Below the pieces are notes generated by a model. It saw only the letters and a list, made by a program, of their open reading frames with translations. It made no database searches and was not told where the DNA came from. A program made the position numbers and the translations under genes. From contig CAKOWQ010000003.1 of NCBI GenBank assembly GCA_934122395.1, positions 186,299 through 250,298 on the forward strand: 64,000 bases of DNA, in the 5' to 3' direction. This stretch comes from an uncultured Bacilli bacterium (GTDB lineage Bacteria > Bacillota_I > Bacilli_A > RF39 > UBA660). Shown here one piece after another: positions 34,992 through 44,551 of the stretch (position 1 is the first letter of the stretch; every line of letters begins with the position of its first letter).

Positions 34992-37013
34992 ATGCCTAAG
35001 AATTTAGTAATTGTGGAGTCTCCAAGTAAAAGTAAAACAATTGAAAAATATTTGGGAAAAGATTATAAAGTAGTGTCTAGTAAAGGACATATTAGAGATT
35101 TATCTACTACTGGTAAATTTGGATTAGGAGTAGATGTAGATAATGATTTTAAACCTAATTATATTCCTATTGCAGGAAAGAAAAAGGTTATTAGTGAATT
35201 AAAAAAATATATAAAAGAATCAGATAAAATTTATCTTGCAACTGACCCAGACCGTGAAGGGGAAGCTATATCATGGCATTTAAAAGATGCATTAGGTATT
35301 AAAGATAAAGATTATGAACGTGTATTATTTCATGAAATTACTAAAGATAAGGTTATTGAAGCATTTAAAAGCCCACGTAAAATAGATGATAATTTAGTTC
35401 ATAGTCAAGAAACTAGAAGAATTTTAGATAGAATTATAGGATTTAGATTAAGTAGATTAATGCAATCTAAAACAGGGGGAAAGAGTGCCGGACGTGTACA
35501 AAGTGTAGCGCTTAAACTTGTTGTTGATAGAGAACGTGAAATAGAGAACTTTGTTAAAGAAGAGTACTGGACTATTACTGGTATTTTTGATGAGTTAACA
35601 AGTGAGTTATTTAACTATAATCATAAAGATATTGAAATAAAGAGTGAAGAAGCAGCAGATAAGATATTAAAAGAATTAAGTGATAAATTTACAGTAGAAA
35701 GTATTGAATCTAAAAAGAAAAATAAGAAAGCTAAACCTCCTTTTATTACAAGTACATTACAACAAGAAGCTTCTACTAAATTAGGATTTACTGCTAAAAA
35801 AACTATGTCTATTGCCCAAAAGCTTTATGAAGGAATAGATTTGGAAAATGAAACAGTAGGTTTAATTACTTATATGAGAACTGATTCTATTAGATTAAGT
35901 GATGAATTTATTAAAAGTGGATATGCTTATATAAATAAAGAATATGGTAAGGATTATGTTGGGTATGTTAAAACTACTAAGAAAAAAGAAAATGTTCAAG
36001 ATGCTCATGAAGCTATAAGACCTACTAGTGTTAATAGAGATCCGTTAAGTGTTAAAAAGTATTTAACAAATGATGAATATAAACTTTATTCAATTATTTA
36101 TTATAGAGCACTAGCAAGTATTATGGCTGATGCTAAGGTTGATGCTACTACTATTATTTTTGATAATAATAATTATCAATTTAAAACAACGGGGCAAGTA
36201 CTTATCTATGATGGGTATTTAAAAGTATATAAGGATTATGAGAAAAGTGAAGATAGAGTTCTACCATCTATAAAAGAGGGTGAAGTTTTAACATCAAAAG
36301 AGATAAAGAAGGAACAACACTTTACTCAACCGCCTGCAAGATATACTGAAGCTAAATTAATTAAAGAGATGGAAGATTTAGGAATAGGTAGACCATCTAC
36401 TTATGCTAAGACAATTGATACTATAAAAGAACGTGACTATGTAACACTTGAAGATAAGAAGTTTAAACCAACAGAAATAGGAATTGAAACTACTGATAAG
36501 TTACAAGAGTTCTTTTCTGACTTGATAAATGTTGAATATACGGCTGCAATGGAAGAGGATTTAGATAAAGTTGCAGAAGGTAATAAGGATTCTATAAAAA
36601 TATTGAGGGATTTCTATAATCAATTTGAACCAGAAGTAGAAGCAGCATTTAAAAATATGGAAAAGAAAAAAGCAGAAGAGACTGGAGAAGTTTGTCCAGA
36701 ATGTGGAAGTCCTTTAGTGATTAGAAAGGGTAGATATGGAGAGTTTGTTGCATGTTCTAACTATCCGGTTTGTAAATATATAAAAAAAGAAGAAAAAGAG
36801 ATAAAGGTAGTTTGCAAGTGTCCTAAGTGTGGAAACGATATGGTAGAAAAGAAAACTAGAAAAGGTAAGATTTTCTATGGATGCTCTAATTATCCAAAAT
36901 GTAGGGTGGCAGTTTGGGATCTTCCAACTGGAGAAACATGTCCAGAATGTGGTGAACTTCTAGTAGAAAAGAATAAGAAAATTAAATGTAGCAGTTGTAA
37001 TTATGAAAAGTAA
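34992..37013 (+). CDS. topA: DNA topoisomerase I
   Basis: Toprim LVIVESPSKSKTIEKYLG, DPDREGEAISWH, active-site region ITYMRTDS, three C-terminal CxxC..CxxC zinc ribbons. Confidence 0.95.
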   Translation: MPKNLVIVESPSKSKTIEKYLGKDYKVVSSKGHIRDLSTTGKFGLGVDVDNDFKPNYIPIAGKKKVISELKKYIKESDKIYLATDPDREGEAISWHLKDALGIKDKDYERVLFHEITKDKVIEAFKSPRKIDDNLVHSQETRRILDRIIGFRLSRLMQSKTGGKSAGRVQSVALKLVVDREREIENFVKEEYWTITGIFDELTSELFNYNHKDIEIKSEEAADKILKELSDKFTVESIESKKKNKKAKPPFITSTLQQEASTKLGFTAKKTMSIAQKLYEGIDLENETVGLITYMRTDSIRLSDEFIKSGYAYINKEYGKDYVGYVKTTKKKENVQDAHEAIRPTSVNRDPLSVKKYLTNDEYKLYSIIYYRALASIMADAKVDATTIIFDNNNYQFKTTGQVLIYDGYLKVYKDYEKSEDRVLPSIKEGEVLTSKEIKKEQHFTQPPARYTEAKLIKEMEDLGIGRPSTYAKTIDTIKERDYVTLEDKKFKPTEIGIETTDKLQEFFSDLINVEYTAAMEEDLDKVAEGNKDSIKILRDFYNQFEPEVEAAFKNMEKKKAEETGEVCPECGSPLVIRKGRYGEFVACSNYPVCKYIKKEEKEIKVVCKCPKCGNDMVEKKTRKGKIFYGCSNYPKCRVAVWDLPTGETCPECGELLVEKNKKIKCSSCNYEK

Positions 37014-37018
37014 TTAAG

Positions 37019-37046
37019 CACTAACAATTTTGTTAGTGTTTTTTAT
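37019..37046 (+). terminator. Intrinsic terminator
   Basis: CACTAACA-ATTT-TGTTAGTG followed by a T-run. Confidence 0.8.
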
Positions 37047-37119
37047 TTATTTTTGGTTGCTTAATATTAAAAAATAAACTATAATTATCTTAGAATAGAA
37101 GATAGTTGGTGATTAGGTA

Positions 37120-38400
37120 ATGAATAAGAAGATACTATTGATGTTTACTTTTTTATTTTCATTTTTCATGTTTAAAGATAATGTTTTCGCTGGTACCGTT
37201 CTAAAAGAGACTGATTATACTTTAGAATGTTTATATAGTGATGGAGGCCTTTATACCAATGAGTGGTCTAATGGAAGGGGAGCATATATAGTAAATCGTA
37301 CATCATATAATTTAACTGATGCTTCACAATCAGATACTAATAAAGGTGGAGATATGGTTTTTGTAAATACACCCGCTATTAGAGGTAGGACTAATCAACA
37401 ATACACAACATGTGCTTTAAAACTGTATTCTGCTGTGGTTCAAGGAAGTAATGATGCAGCAATGTCATATTTTAAATTCAATACCTCTTTTACTTGCAAT
37501 ACTTCTGATAATTCATGTCCTGAATTTGGCGTTGAAAAAAGTGGATGGTCAAAATTTTGGGGAACTGCTGGAGCTTTAAAAGAATATGCATCAGCTGCAG
37601 AAGCTGCTAATAATTCTCCTTATAATTTGATTTCTGAACGTTATTTATTTAGCAATAATATTCCGGAACCCAACAAGACTTTATATTATGTATTACCGGC
37701 TACTCAAAAAATAGGAACTAATATGTATGTAAAAATATATATTTACGACAATATCACTTTGTTAGATAAAGATGGGCGCATTACTAGATTAGATGGTGAT
37801 ACTAGTCTATTTTCTCAAACAACTTTGCCAGAAAAAATATATTTAAATTCCCCAGAGCCTATTCCAGTTACAGGAACTAATTCTGTTGTTTCTTATAAAT
37901 ATAATGCAGATCAAATAATTTATTCTTTTACAACTGCTTCAGATCCTACTCACACTATAGGATTTACAAATTCAACTGATAATCCACCTGATGATAGTGA
38001 TACAAGTAGTAGTTTATGTACTGAAAAATTAAAAAACACATCTCCTGTGTTGAAAAGTATCATTCAATTTGGTCAAATTTTACTTCCTGCGCTTGTTATT
38101 ATTTTAACAGGATTGGATATTGGAAAAATAGTTGTAACAGGTAATATCGAAGAAGAGTTACCTAAACGTAAGAAAACAATAATTAATAGAGCTATAGTAT
38201 TGTTAATTTTATTATTCTTACCTTTACTTGTTAAAGTTATGTTGAAGATAGTTAAGGATACTGGTAGTGATATTGCAAATAACATTGAATATATTGATTG
38301 TTTATTTGATTCTAGTGCTAAAGCAGGAACAGCTAAAAAAGGTTCAACAACAAAAAAATCAAATAATTCAAAAAATGAAAATGTTGCCGTAGAAAAGTAA
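37120..38400 (+). CDS. Secreted protein with C-terminal two-helix membrane hairpin (VirB2/TrbC-pilin-like topology) and Lys-rich tail
   Basis: Signal MNKKILLMFTFLFSFFMFKDNVFA; about 290-aa Cys-containing ectodomain; SIIQFGQILLPALVIILTGLDIGKIVV - charged loop KRKK - AIVLLILLFLPLLVKVML. Confidence 0.5.
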   Translation: MNKKILLMFTFLFSFFMFKDNVFAGTVLKETDYTLECLYSDGGLYTNEWSNGRGAYIVNRTSYNLTDASQSDTNKGGDMVFVNTPAIRGRTNQQYTTCALKLYSAVVQGSNDAAMSYFKFNTSFTCNTSDNSCPEFGVEKSGWSKFWGTAGALKEYASAAEAANNSPYNLISERYLFSNNIPEPNKTLYYVLPATQKIGTNMYVKIYIYDNITLLDKDGRITRLDGDTSLFSQTTLPEKIYLNSPEPIPVTGTNSVVSYKYNADQIIYSFTTASDPTHTIGFTNSTDNPPDDSDTSSSLCTEKLKNTSPVLKSIIQFGQILLPALVIILTGLDIGKIVVTGNIEEELPKRKKTIINRAIVLLILLFLPLLVKVMLKIVKDTGSDIANNIEYIDCLFDSSAKAGTAKKGSTTKKSNNSKNENVAVEK

Positions 38401-38442
38401 TACGGCAAAGAAAAGTAAGAAATTTAATATTGAGGTGATAGC

Positions 38443-40458
38443 ATGGTAGACTTTTTTGCGGCGGCTCAAAGAGTTATTTCAATGATTATGACTGGTACTG
38501 AGTTAGTGTTTATTGTATGGCTTACTTCTGGTGGCGTTATTTTTGTACTAAGAGGAATAAGCTTTTGGATAGATTGTACTATAGTAAAGTGCATTGGTGC
38601 AATTTATAGTTACTTTATGACATTATTAAATGGTACTATGTTTAACAAAACACTGGTTAATGCAGTTATGAAAAATGTATATATATTTATTGGAGTGTTT
38701 ATATTCTTTAGAGTAGCCATGCTTCTTATTAAATATATAATGAATCCGGAAATGGTTGCCGATCAGAAAGCCGGTGCTAATGCATTAATTAAAAGAGTAA
38801 TAATTGGTATGATGGGAATAATTTTTATACCAACTATATTTGATTATGGTTTAAAACTTCAATCTGCTGTAATTGAGGATCAACTGATTCAACAGTTATT
38901 TATTCCAAGTGATATGATAAAAGAGGTTGAAAAACAAACAACAAATGGAGGAAATGGAATAGGTACCACAATTTTTTCTGGTTTTATTAATCCTAGCTCC
39001 AAGGCGCCGGATAAAATTAAGAATGAATACAAGAAGGCCTTGGAACAGAAGGATTTATCATCTATAAATTTTAATAGCGGGGGATTCCTGGGAATAGGAT
39101 ACTCGAGTTATGATTATAGTTATTTTTACTTAATTTCGACCTTTGTTCTTGGATATGTATTGTATCTTATGCTTAAATATTGTTTAGATATAGTTGTCCG
39201 TTTCTTTAAGCTTTTTCTATTTCAATTAATTGCGCCAATTGCTATGGTGGAATATATGGCGAATGGTGCAGACGATGGCGTTTTCAAAAATTGGAAAAAT
39301 GCTGTTCTTGGTAGCTATTTGATGCTATTTACTAGAATTATGTCTATTTGGTTTGTCTTGTTTGTTATGACTTTGTTAAACGGCAATTTTCCTAATTATA
39401 GCAATGGGTCATTATTAGCTGAAAATGATTACTTATTAAAAGCCTTAATAATGATAGGATTGCTAGCATTTATGATGGATCTGCCTAAAATCATTGGTAG
39501 TATATTTGGCCTTGATCTAGAACAGGATTCATCTGCTACAGGTTTATTAAAATCATTTGGTGGTATGATCAAAGGTGTCGGATTAGGCGCTGTTTCTTTA
39601 GGCGGCGCAGCAGCAGCAGGTGGATTTAAAAGAATTCAGAATGCCGGTGGTGCTGCTAGTAAAATGCATGCCTTAAATCAACAAAAGAAGAGTGATATGG
39701 CAGCAGGAACATTTGATGCTGCTAAATATAATCAAAATAAGGCTGCTATAATGAAAGATTTCAAGACTGGAAAATCAAATGCTATGAGAGCTACAGGTGT
39801 TGGAATGCTTAAATCATTAGCTGGTAATAGTAAGATTGTTGGCGCTGCTTATAGTGGTGCTACTGGTGTTACAGAAGATATTAAAAAGAAAGAGGGTAAA
39901 GCTGAAGCTAAGGCACAAGCTGAGGAAGAAAGAGCTTATAGACAGCATCAAATAGAAGTTACTGATGAAATTAATACTAATACACATGTAATAGTTGGTC
40001 AGCAAGCTGTTGCTAATGTTAAACTTGATAATTTAGTAGACAATTCTGAACAAACATTGACTCAAACCGTTAATATTGATCATAAATTAGGCAATGTTAG
40101 TAATAATGTTGAAGCGATTGCTAAAAATACTGAAACTACAGCTCAACAAACAGTTAACATTGATCAGAAACTAGGAACAGTTAGTGGCAACGTTGAAGCA
40201 ATTGCTCAAAATACTGAGACTGCGGCTCAACATACTGTTAATGTTGATCAAAAATTAGGAAAAATTAGTGGTAAGATTGATACGATTGCAGATAATACAG
40301 AAATTTCTGCTGAACAATCAATTGATATAAATCAAAAAGTTGGTAACATTAGTGGCGATGTAAGTAATATTTCTGATAATACAGAATTAATAGGGGATGC
40401 TACTTTAAACATTGAACATAGCACTAGAGATGATGATAAAGAATCATTAAATAGTTAA
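38443..40458 (+). CDS. Polytopic membrane protein (TrbL/VirB6-like organisation) with Gly/Ala-rich linker and C-terminal 28-aa tandem repeats
   Basis: At least 6 TM helices in the first about 370 aa; GLGAVSLGGAAAAGGFKRIQNAGGAAS; repeats QTVNIDxKLGxVSGNVEAIAxNTETxAQ; SD GAGGTGA 42 nt after the upstream gene. Confidence 0.5.
   Translation: MVDFFAAAQRVISMIMTGTELVFIVWLTSGGVIFVLRGISFWIDCTIVKCIGAIYSYFMTLLNGTMFNKTLVNAVMKNVYIFIGVFIFFRVAMLLIKYIMNPEMVADQKAGANALIKRVIIGMMGIIFIPTIFDYGLKLQSAVIEDQLIQQLFIPSDMIKEVEKQTTNGGNGIGTTIFSGFINPSSKAPDKIKNEYKKALEQKDLSSINFNSGGFLGIGYSSYDYSYFYLISTFVLGYVLYLMLKYCLDIVVRFFKLFLFQLIAPIAMVEYMANGADDGVFKNWKNAVLGSYLMLFTRIMSIWFVLFVMTLLNGNFPNYSNGSLLAENDYLLKALIMIGLLAFMMDLPKIIGSIFGLDLEQDSSATGLLKSFGGMIKGVGLGAVSLGGAAAAGGFKRIQNAGGAASKMHALNQQKKSDMAAGTFDAAKYNQNKAAIMKDFKTGKSNAMRATGVGMLKSLAGNSKIVGAAYSGATGVTEDIKKKEGKAEAKAQAEEERAYRQHQIEVTDEINTNTHVIVGQQAVANVKLDNLVDNSEQTLTQTVNIDHKLGNVSNNVEAIAKNTETTAQQTVNIDQKLGTVSGNVEAIAQNTETAAQHTVNVDQKLGKISGKIDTIADNTEISAEQSIDINQKVGNISGDVSNISDNTELIGDATLNIEHSTRDDDKESLNS
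40063..40422 (+). repeat. In-frame tandem repeat, 84-nt unit x 4.3
   Basis: Units start at 40063, 40147, 40231, 40315 (partial at 40399); each begins CAA/CAT-ACx-GTT-AAx-ATT-GAT. Confidence 0.9.
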
Positions 40459-40487
40459 GAGGAATTAGTGATAATTCTTCTTTTTTT
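40458..40487 (+). terminator. Intrinsic terminator
   Basis: AGAGGAATTA-GTGA-TAATTCTTCT (one G-U) followed by T7. Confidence 0.75.
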
Positions 40488-40523
40488 GTGTCTAAAATGT
40501 TATAATATTTATAGGTGATTATA

Positions 40524-43136
40524 ATGAAAAGAGTAATATTAATAGATGGTAACAATCTTTTATTTAGAAGTTTTTATGCTACAGCATATACTGGTGCAAT
40601 TATGAAAAATTCTAAAGGATTTCCTACTAATGCTTTATATGGTTTTATTAATATGATTAATAAAATAATTAATGAAGAACGTCCTGAATATGTAATGATA
40701 GCATTTGATAAAGGTAAGACTTTTAGACATGATAAATATCAAGTATATAAAGATGGAAGAAAAGAGACACCTCCTGAGTTAAAGGAACAATTTCCGGTTG
40801 CTAAAAAATTAGTAGAAGCTATGGGAATTGCATGTTACGAAATAGATAACTATGAAGCTGATGATATAATTGGTACATTTGCTAAGAAGGTTGATGAAGA
40901 TCCAGAATATAATGCCACTATAGTAAGTAGTGATAAGGATTTATTACAATTAATTAGTGATGAGGTGGAGGTTAAGTTATTAAAACAAACTGGCTTTATC
41001 AGAATGGATAAAAATGAGTTCATTAATACCTATGGAGTTGAACCTCCTAGAATGGTTGATTTGAAAGCTTTGATGGGTGACCAATCAGATAATATCCCAG
41101 GAGTTAAAGGAATAGGTGAAAAGACTGCTATTAATTTATTAAAGGAATATGGTACTCTTGAAAGCTTATACAATAATATTGATAAAGTTAAGGGTAAAGT
41201 AAAAGATAAACTTATAGAAGATAGAGACAATGCTTTCATGAGTTATGATCTTGCTACTATTTGTAAAGAAGTTCCTATTGATACTAGCTTTGATAAAATT
41301 AAATATCAAGGAATAGACGCTTTAAAATATATCGAAATATTAGAAGAATTAGAATTCTATTCTTTATTAAAAAAAGTAAATATAGATAAAGATATGATTA
41401 GAGATAATGTTGAACATGACATAGAATATGAGGTTCTTAATAATTTGGATAATGTTACTTTTAGCAATAACTATGCAATATATTTAGAAACGTTTGGTTA
41501 TAATTATCATAAAGATACTCCTATAGGAGTTAGTATTTATGATGGGGTTAAATCATATTATATTCCTTTTGAAATATTAGAAAAATATCCTAACTTTTTA
41601 GAATCAAATGTAGAAAAATATACTTACGACTTAAAAAAATTAATTGTAGTATTATCAAGATATAATATTAAAATTAATAATTTAGTATATGATGCGATGA
41701 TTGCAGGTTACATATTAAATTTAAATGTTAAAGATGATATTGGTTACTTAATGAATAATAAAGGTTATAAAGTAGATTTCTATTTAGATTCGTTTGGTAA
41801 TCCTAATAAATTGAAAATGCCTAGCGAAGATATATATATTAAAAATATTGTTAAGAAAGCTAAATTTTTATATGAAACTAAAGATGAAATGATTTCTTCA
41901 TTAAAGAGTGAAGAAGCATATAGTTTATATAATGATATAGAAATACCTCTAGCATTTGTTCTTGCTGACATGGAAATGACAGGTATTAGAATAGACTGTG
42001 AATTCTTAAAAGAAATGGGAAAAGAATTAGATGCTAAAATAGAAATACTTGAAGATACTATTCATGAATATGCAGGAATAGATTTTAATATTTCTTCACC
42101 TAGACAACTTGCTGAAGTATTATTTATTCATTTAGGAATTCCTTATCCTAAAAAGGTAAAGGGAGATGATTATTCAACTAGTAAAGATATATTAGATAAA
42201 ATAGTTGATGTACATCCAATTATACCTGCTATTATGGAACATAGATTATTATCTAAACTAAATAATAACTATGTAACAGGACTTTTAAACGAAGTCCATA
42301 GTGATGGAAAGATTCATACGATATTTAATCAAACTTTAACTAGAACAGGTAGATTATCTTCGTCTAGTCCTAATCTTCAAAATATTCCTATTCGTCAAGA
42401 ATATGGTAAATGGATTAGAAAGGCTTTTGTTCCAGAAGAAGATTCAGTACTGTTATCAAGTGATTACTCACAGATTGAACTTAGAATTTTTGCTCATATG
42501 GCTAAAGCTAAGAACTTAATAGATGCTTTTAAACATGGTAAAGATATTCATACTAAGACTGCAAGTGATATATTTGGGGTGCCTGAATCTATGGTCACTA
42601 AAGAAATGCGTCATCAAGCTAAAGCGGTTAACTTTGGAATTTTATATGGTATAAGTAGTTTTGGGCTTGGGGAAGACTTAAATATTGATTATGTTACTGC
42701 TAAAAAGTTCATTGAAAACTATTTAGCAAGTTATCCTGAAATTAAAGAATACATGGATGCAGTTATTAAGGATGCATATGACAAAGGATATGTTAAAACT
42801 ATTATGAATCGTAAACGTAGTATTGAAGAGTTAAATAGTAAAAACTATATGGTTCGAAATAGTGGAGAAAGAATTGCATTAAATACTCCAGTTCAAGGCA
42901 GTAGTGCGGATATATTAAAGAAAGCTATGGTAGAAATATATAATGAATTTAATAAAAGAAATTTAAAGAGTAAAATGCTTATTCAAGTACACGATGAACT
43001 TGTAATAAATACTTTAAATAATGAAAAAGATGAAGTTGAAGAAATAGTAAAAGATATTATGGAAAATACTTATAAATTAGATGTTCCGTTAAAAGTAGAA
43101 ATTAGTACAGGTTCTAATTTATATGATGCAAAGTAG
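40524..43136 (+). CDS. polA: DNA polymerase I
   Basis: 5' nuclease LIDGNNLLFRSFYA, GDQSDNIPGVKGIGEKTA; polymerase motifs DYSQIELR, QVHDE; start at ATG 40524 after AGGTGA. Confidence 0.95.
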   Translation: MKRVILIDGNNLLFRSFYATAYTGAIMKNSKGFPTNALYGFINMINKIINEERPEYVMIAFDKGKTFRHDKYQVYKDGRKETPPELKEQFPVAKKLVEAMGIACYEIDNYEADDIIGTFAKKVDEDPEYNATIVSSDKDLLQLISDEVEVKLLKQTGFIRMDKNEFINTYGVEPPRMVDLKALMGDQSDNIPGVKGIGEKTAINLLKEYGTLESLYNNIDKVKGKVKDKLIEDRDNAFMSYDLATICKEVPIDTSFDKIKYQGIDALKYIEILEELEFYSLLKKVNIDKDMIRDNVEHDIEYEVLNNLDNVTFSNNYAIYLETFGYNYHKDTPIGVSIYDGVKSYYIPFEILEKYPNFLESNVEKYTYDLKKLIVVLSRYNIKINNLVYDAMIAGYILNLNVKDDIGYLMNNKGYKVDFYLDSFGNPNKLKMPSEDIYIKNIVKKAKFLYETKDEMISSLKSEEAYSLYNDIEIPLAFVLADMEMTGIRIDCEFLKEMGKELDAKIEILEDTIHEYAGIDFNISSPRQLAEVLFIHLGIPYPKKVKGDDYSTSKDILDKIVDVHPIIPAIMEHRLLSKLNNNYVTGLLNEVHSDGKIHTIFNQTLTRTGRLSSSSPNLQNIPIRQEYGKWIRKAFVPEEDSVLLSSDYSQIELRIFAHMAKAKNLIDAFKHGKDIHTKTASDIFGVPESMVTKEMRHQAKAVNFGILYGISSFGLGEDLNIDYVTAKKFIENYLASYPEIKEYMDAVIKDAYDKGYVKTIMNRKRSIEELNSKNYMVRNSGERIALNTPVQGSSADILKKAMVEIYNEFNKRNLKSKMLIQVHDELVINTLNNEKDEVEEIVKDIMENTYKLDVPLKVEISTGSNLYDAK

Positions 43137-43144
43137 GTGATGTT

Positions 43145-43966
43145 ATGCCCGAATTACCAGAGGTCGAAACAGTTAAGGAAACTTTAAAAAGAAAAATATT
43201 AAATAAAACTATAGATAATGTTATTGTACGTTATTCCGGTATTATTGAAGGAACTAGCATTGATAATTTTGTATCTAAGTTAAAAGGTCAAACTTTTAGA
43301 GATATTACAAGAAGAGGTAAGTGGTTAATATTTCATTTAGATGATTACTATTTATTGTCACATTTACGTATGGAAGGTAAGTATTTCTTAAAAGATGAAA
43401 GTATGGAATTCGGTAAACATGAACATGTTATATTTAAGTTTACCGATCATACTGATTTAAGATATCAAGATACTAGAAAGTTTGGTAGAATGATTTTGGT
43501 TGATAAGGACAAATTAAATAGTTCTAGACCAATGTTAGAACTAGGATTAGAACCATGGGATAAAAGTTTAACAATTGATTATCTTAAAGATAAATATAAA
43601 AATAAAAAACTGCCAATTAAAACAGTTATATTAGATCAAAGTATAATTACAGGAATTGGAAATATATATGCTGATGAAATATTATTTTTAAGTAACATTA
43701 ATCCATTAGTTAGTGCTTCTTCATTAAAAGATAAAGATTTGAAAAAAATTATTTCTAATACTAAAACAGTATTAGAAAAAGCTATTCTAGAAGGTGGTAC
43801 TACTATTAGAAGTTATACATCTGATTTAGGAGTTACTGGAAGATTTCAAAATGAACTTTTTGTACATTGCCGTGAAAATGAAAAATGCCAGAAGTGTGGT
43901 AGTACTATTTTAAAAACTAGAGTAGGTGGAAGAGGGACTTATTATTGTCCTAAGTGCCAAAAGTAA
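43145..43966 (+). CDS. mutM: Formamidopyrimidine-DNA glycosylase
   Basis: MPELPEVE N-terminus, H2TH, C-terminal zinc finger CQKCG...YYCPKCQ. Confidence 0.95.
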   Translation: MPELPEVETVKETLKRKILNKTIDNVIVRYSGIIEGTSIDNFVSKLKGQTFRDITRRGKWLIFHLDDYYLLSHLRMEGKYFLKDESMEFGKHEHVIFKFTDHTDLRYQDTRKFGRMILVDKDKLNSSRPMLELGLEPWDKSLTIDYLKDKYKNKKLPIKTVILDQSIITGIGNIYADEILFLSNINPLVSASSLKDKDLKKIISNTKTVLEKAILEGGTTIRSYTSDLGVTGRFQNELFVHCRENEKCQKCGSTILKTRVGGRGTYYCPKCQK

Positions 43967-43978
43967 AAGCATAGATAT

Positions 43979-43999
43979 TATATCTATGCCTTTTTTTCA
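43979..43999. terminator. Bidirectional hairpin between convergent mutM and the 43984 gene
   Basis: GCATAGATA-TTA-TATCTATGC, followed by T-run on the plus strand. Confidence 0.7.
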
Positions 44000-44490
44000 T
44001 ATAATCCTTCTATACTATATTCTTTTATTTTGCTAGATCTTCTAACTTTACTACTTTGATAGAAGTCTTGCATACTTGTTAGAGTTTTATTTATATTATC
44101 ATAACTTGTAGTGGATAGTTTTTTAACTACCAAGGTATGTGGGTCAGTATCCATTGTATTAAGATACAATTGAAGTAAAAATACTCTAGTTTGGTAACTA
44201 TCAAAAATACTATTTTGGGCTTTAGCAAAATCTAGACTAGCTACATTAGTACTTAATACTCTATTATCTACATTTAGTAAATAAAACTGTTTTAGTAAAA
44301 AGAAATAAATATTATTTTCGCTTATTAGGTTATTAGCAAAAAGAAGCTTAAATGCACCTTCATTTTTTAAAGCAAGTAATAATCTTTCTTCCCCATGAAG
44401 TTCTACTAAATTTCTGCATTTATCTTTGAAGCGACGTTCTTGTTCTGTTTCAACTTCCCACTTTATTATATCATTATTGAAATAAGACAT
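43984..44490 (-). CDS. Hypothetical protein (168 aa)
   Basis: Start at ATG 44490 after AAGGTGG; own promoter TTGCTT-17-TACAAT upstream; no recognisable motif. Confidence 0.5.
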   Translation of the reverse strand: MSYFNNDIIKWEVETEQERRFKDKCRNLVELHGEERLLLALKNEGAFKLLFANNLISENNIYFFLLKQFYLLNVDNRVLSTNVASLDFAKAQNSIFDSYQTRVFLLQLYLNTMDTDPHTLVVKKLSTTSYDNINKTLTSMQDFYQSSKVRRSSKIKEYSIEGLYEKKA

Positions 44491-44551
44491 TCCTATTACC
44501 ACCTTTGCGAAGTGTTATTGTATCACAAAAGTATATATAAAGCAAAAAAAA

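Noticed and set aside
37120-40458. Interpreting the topA-polA insert as an integrative conjugative element or prophage
   Set aside because: There is no integrase, recombinase, relaxase, coupling or VirB4 ATPase, capsid, terminase or flanking direct repeat. Only two genes are present, so I report it as an orphan T4SS-like pair instead.
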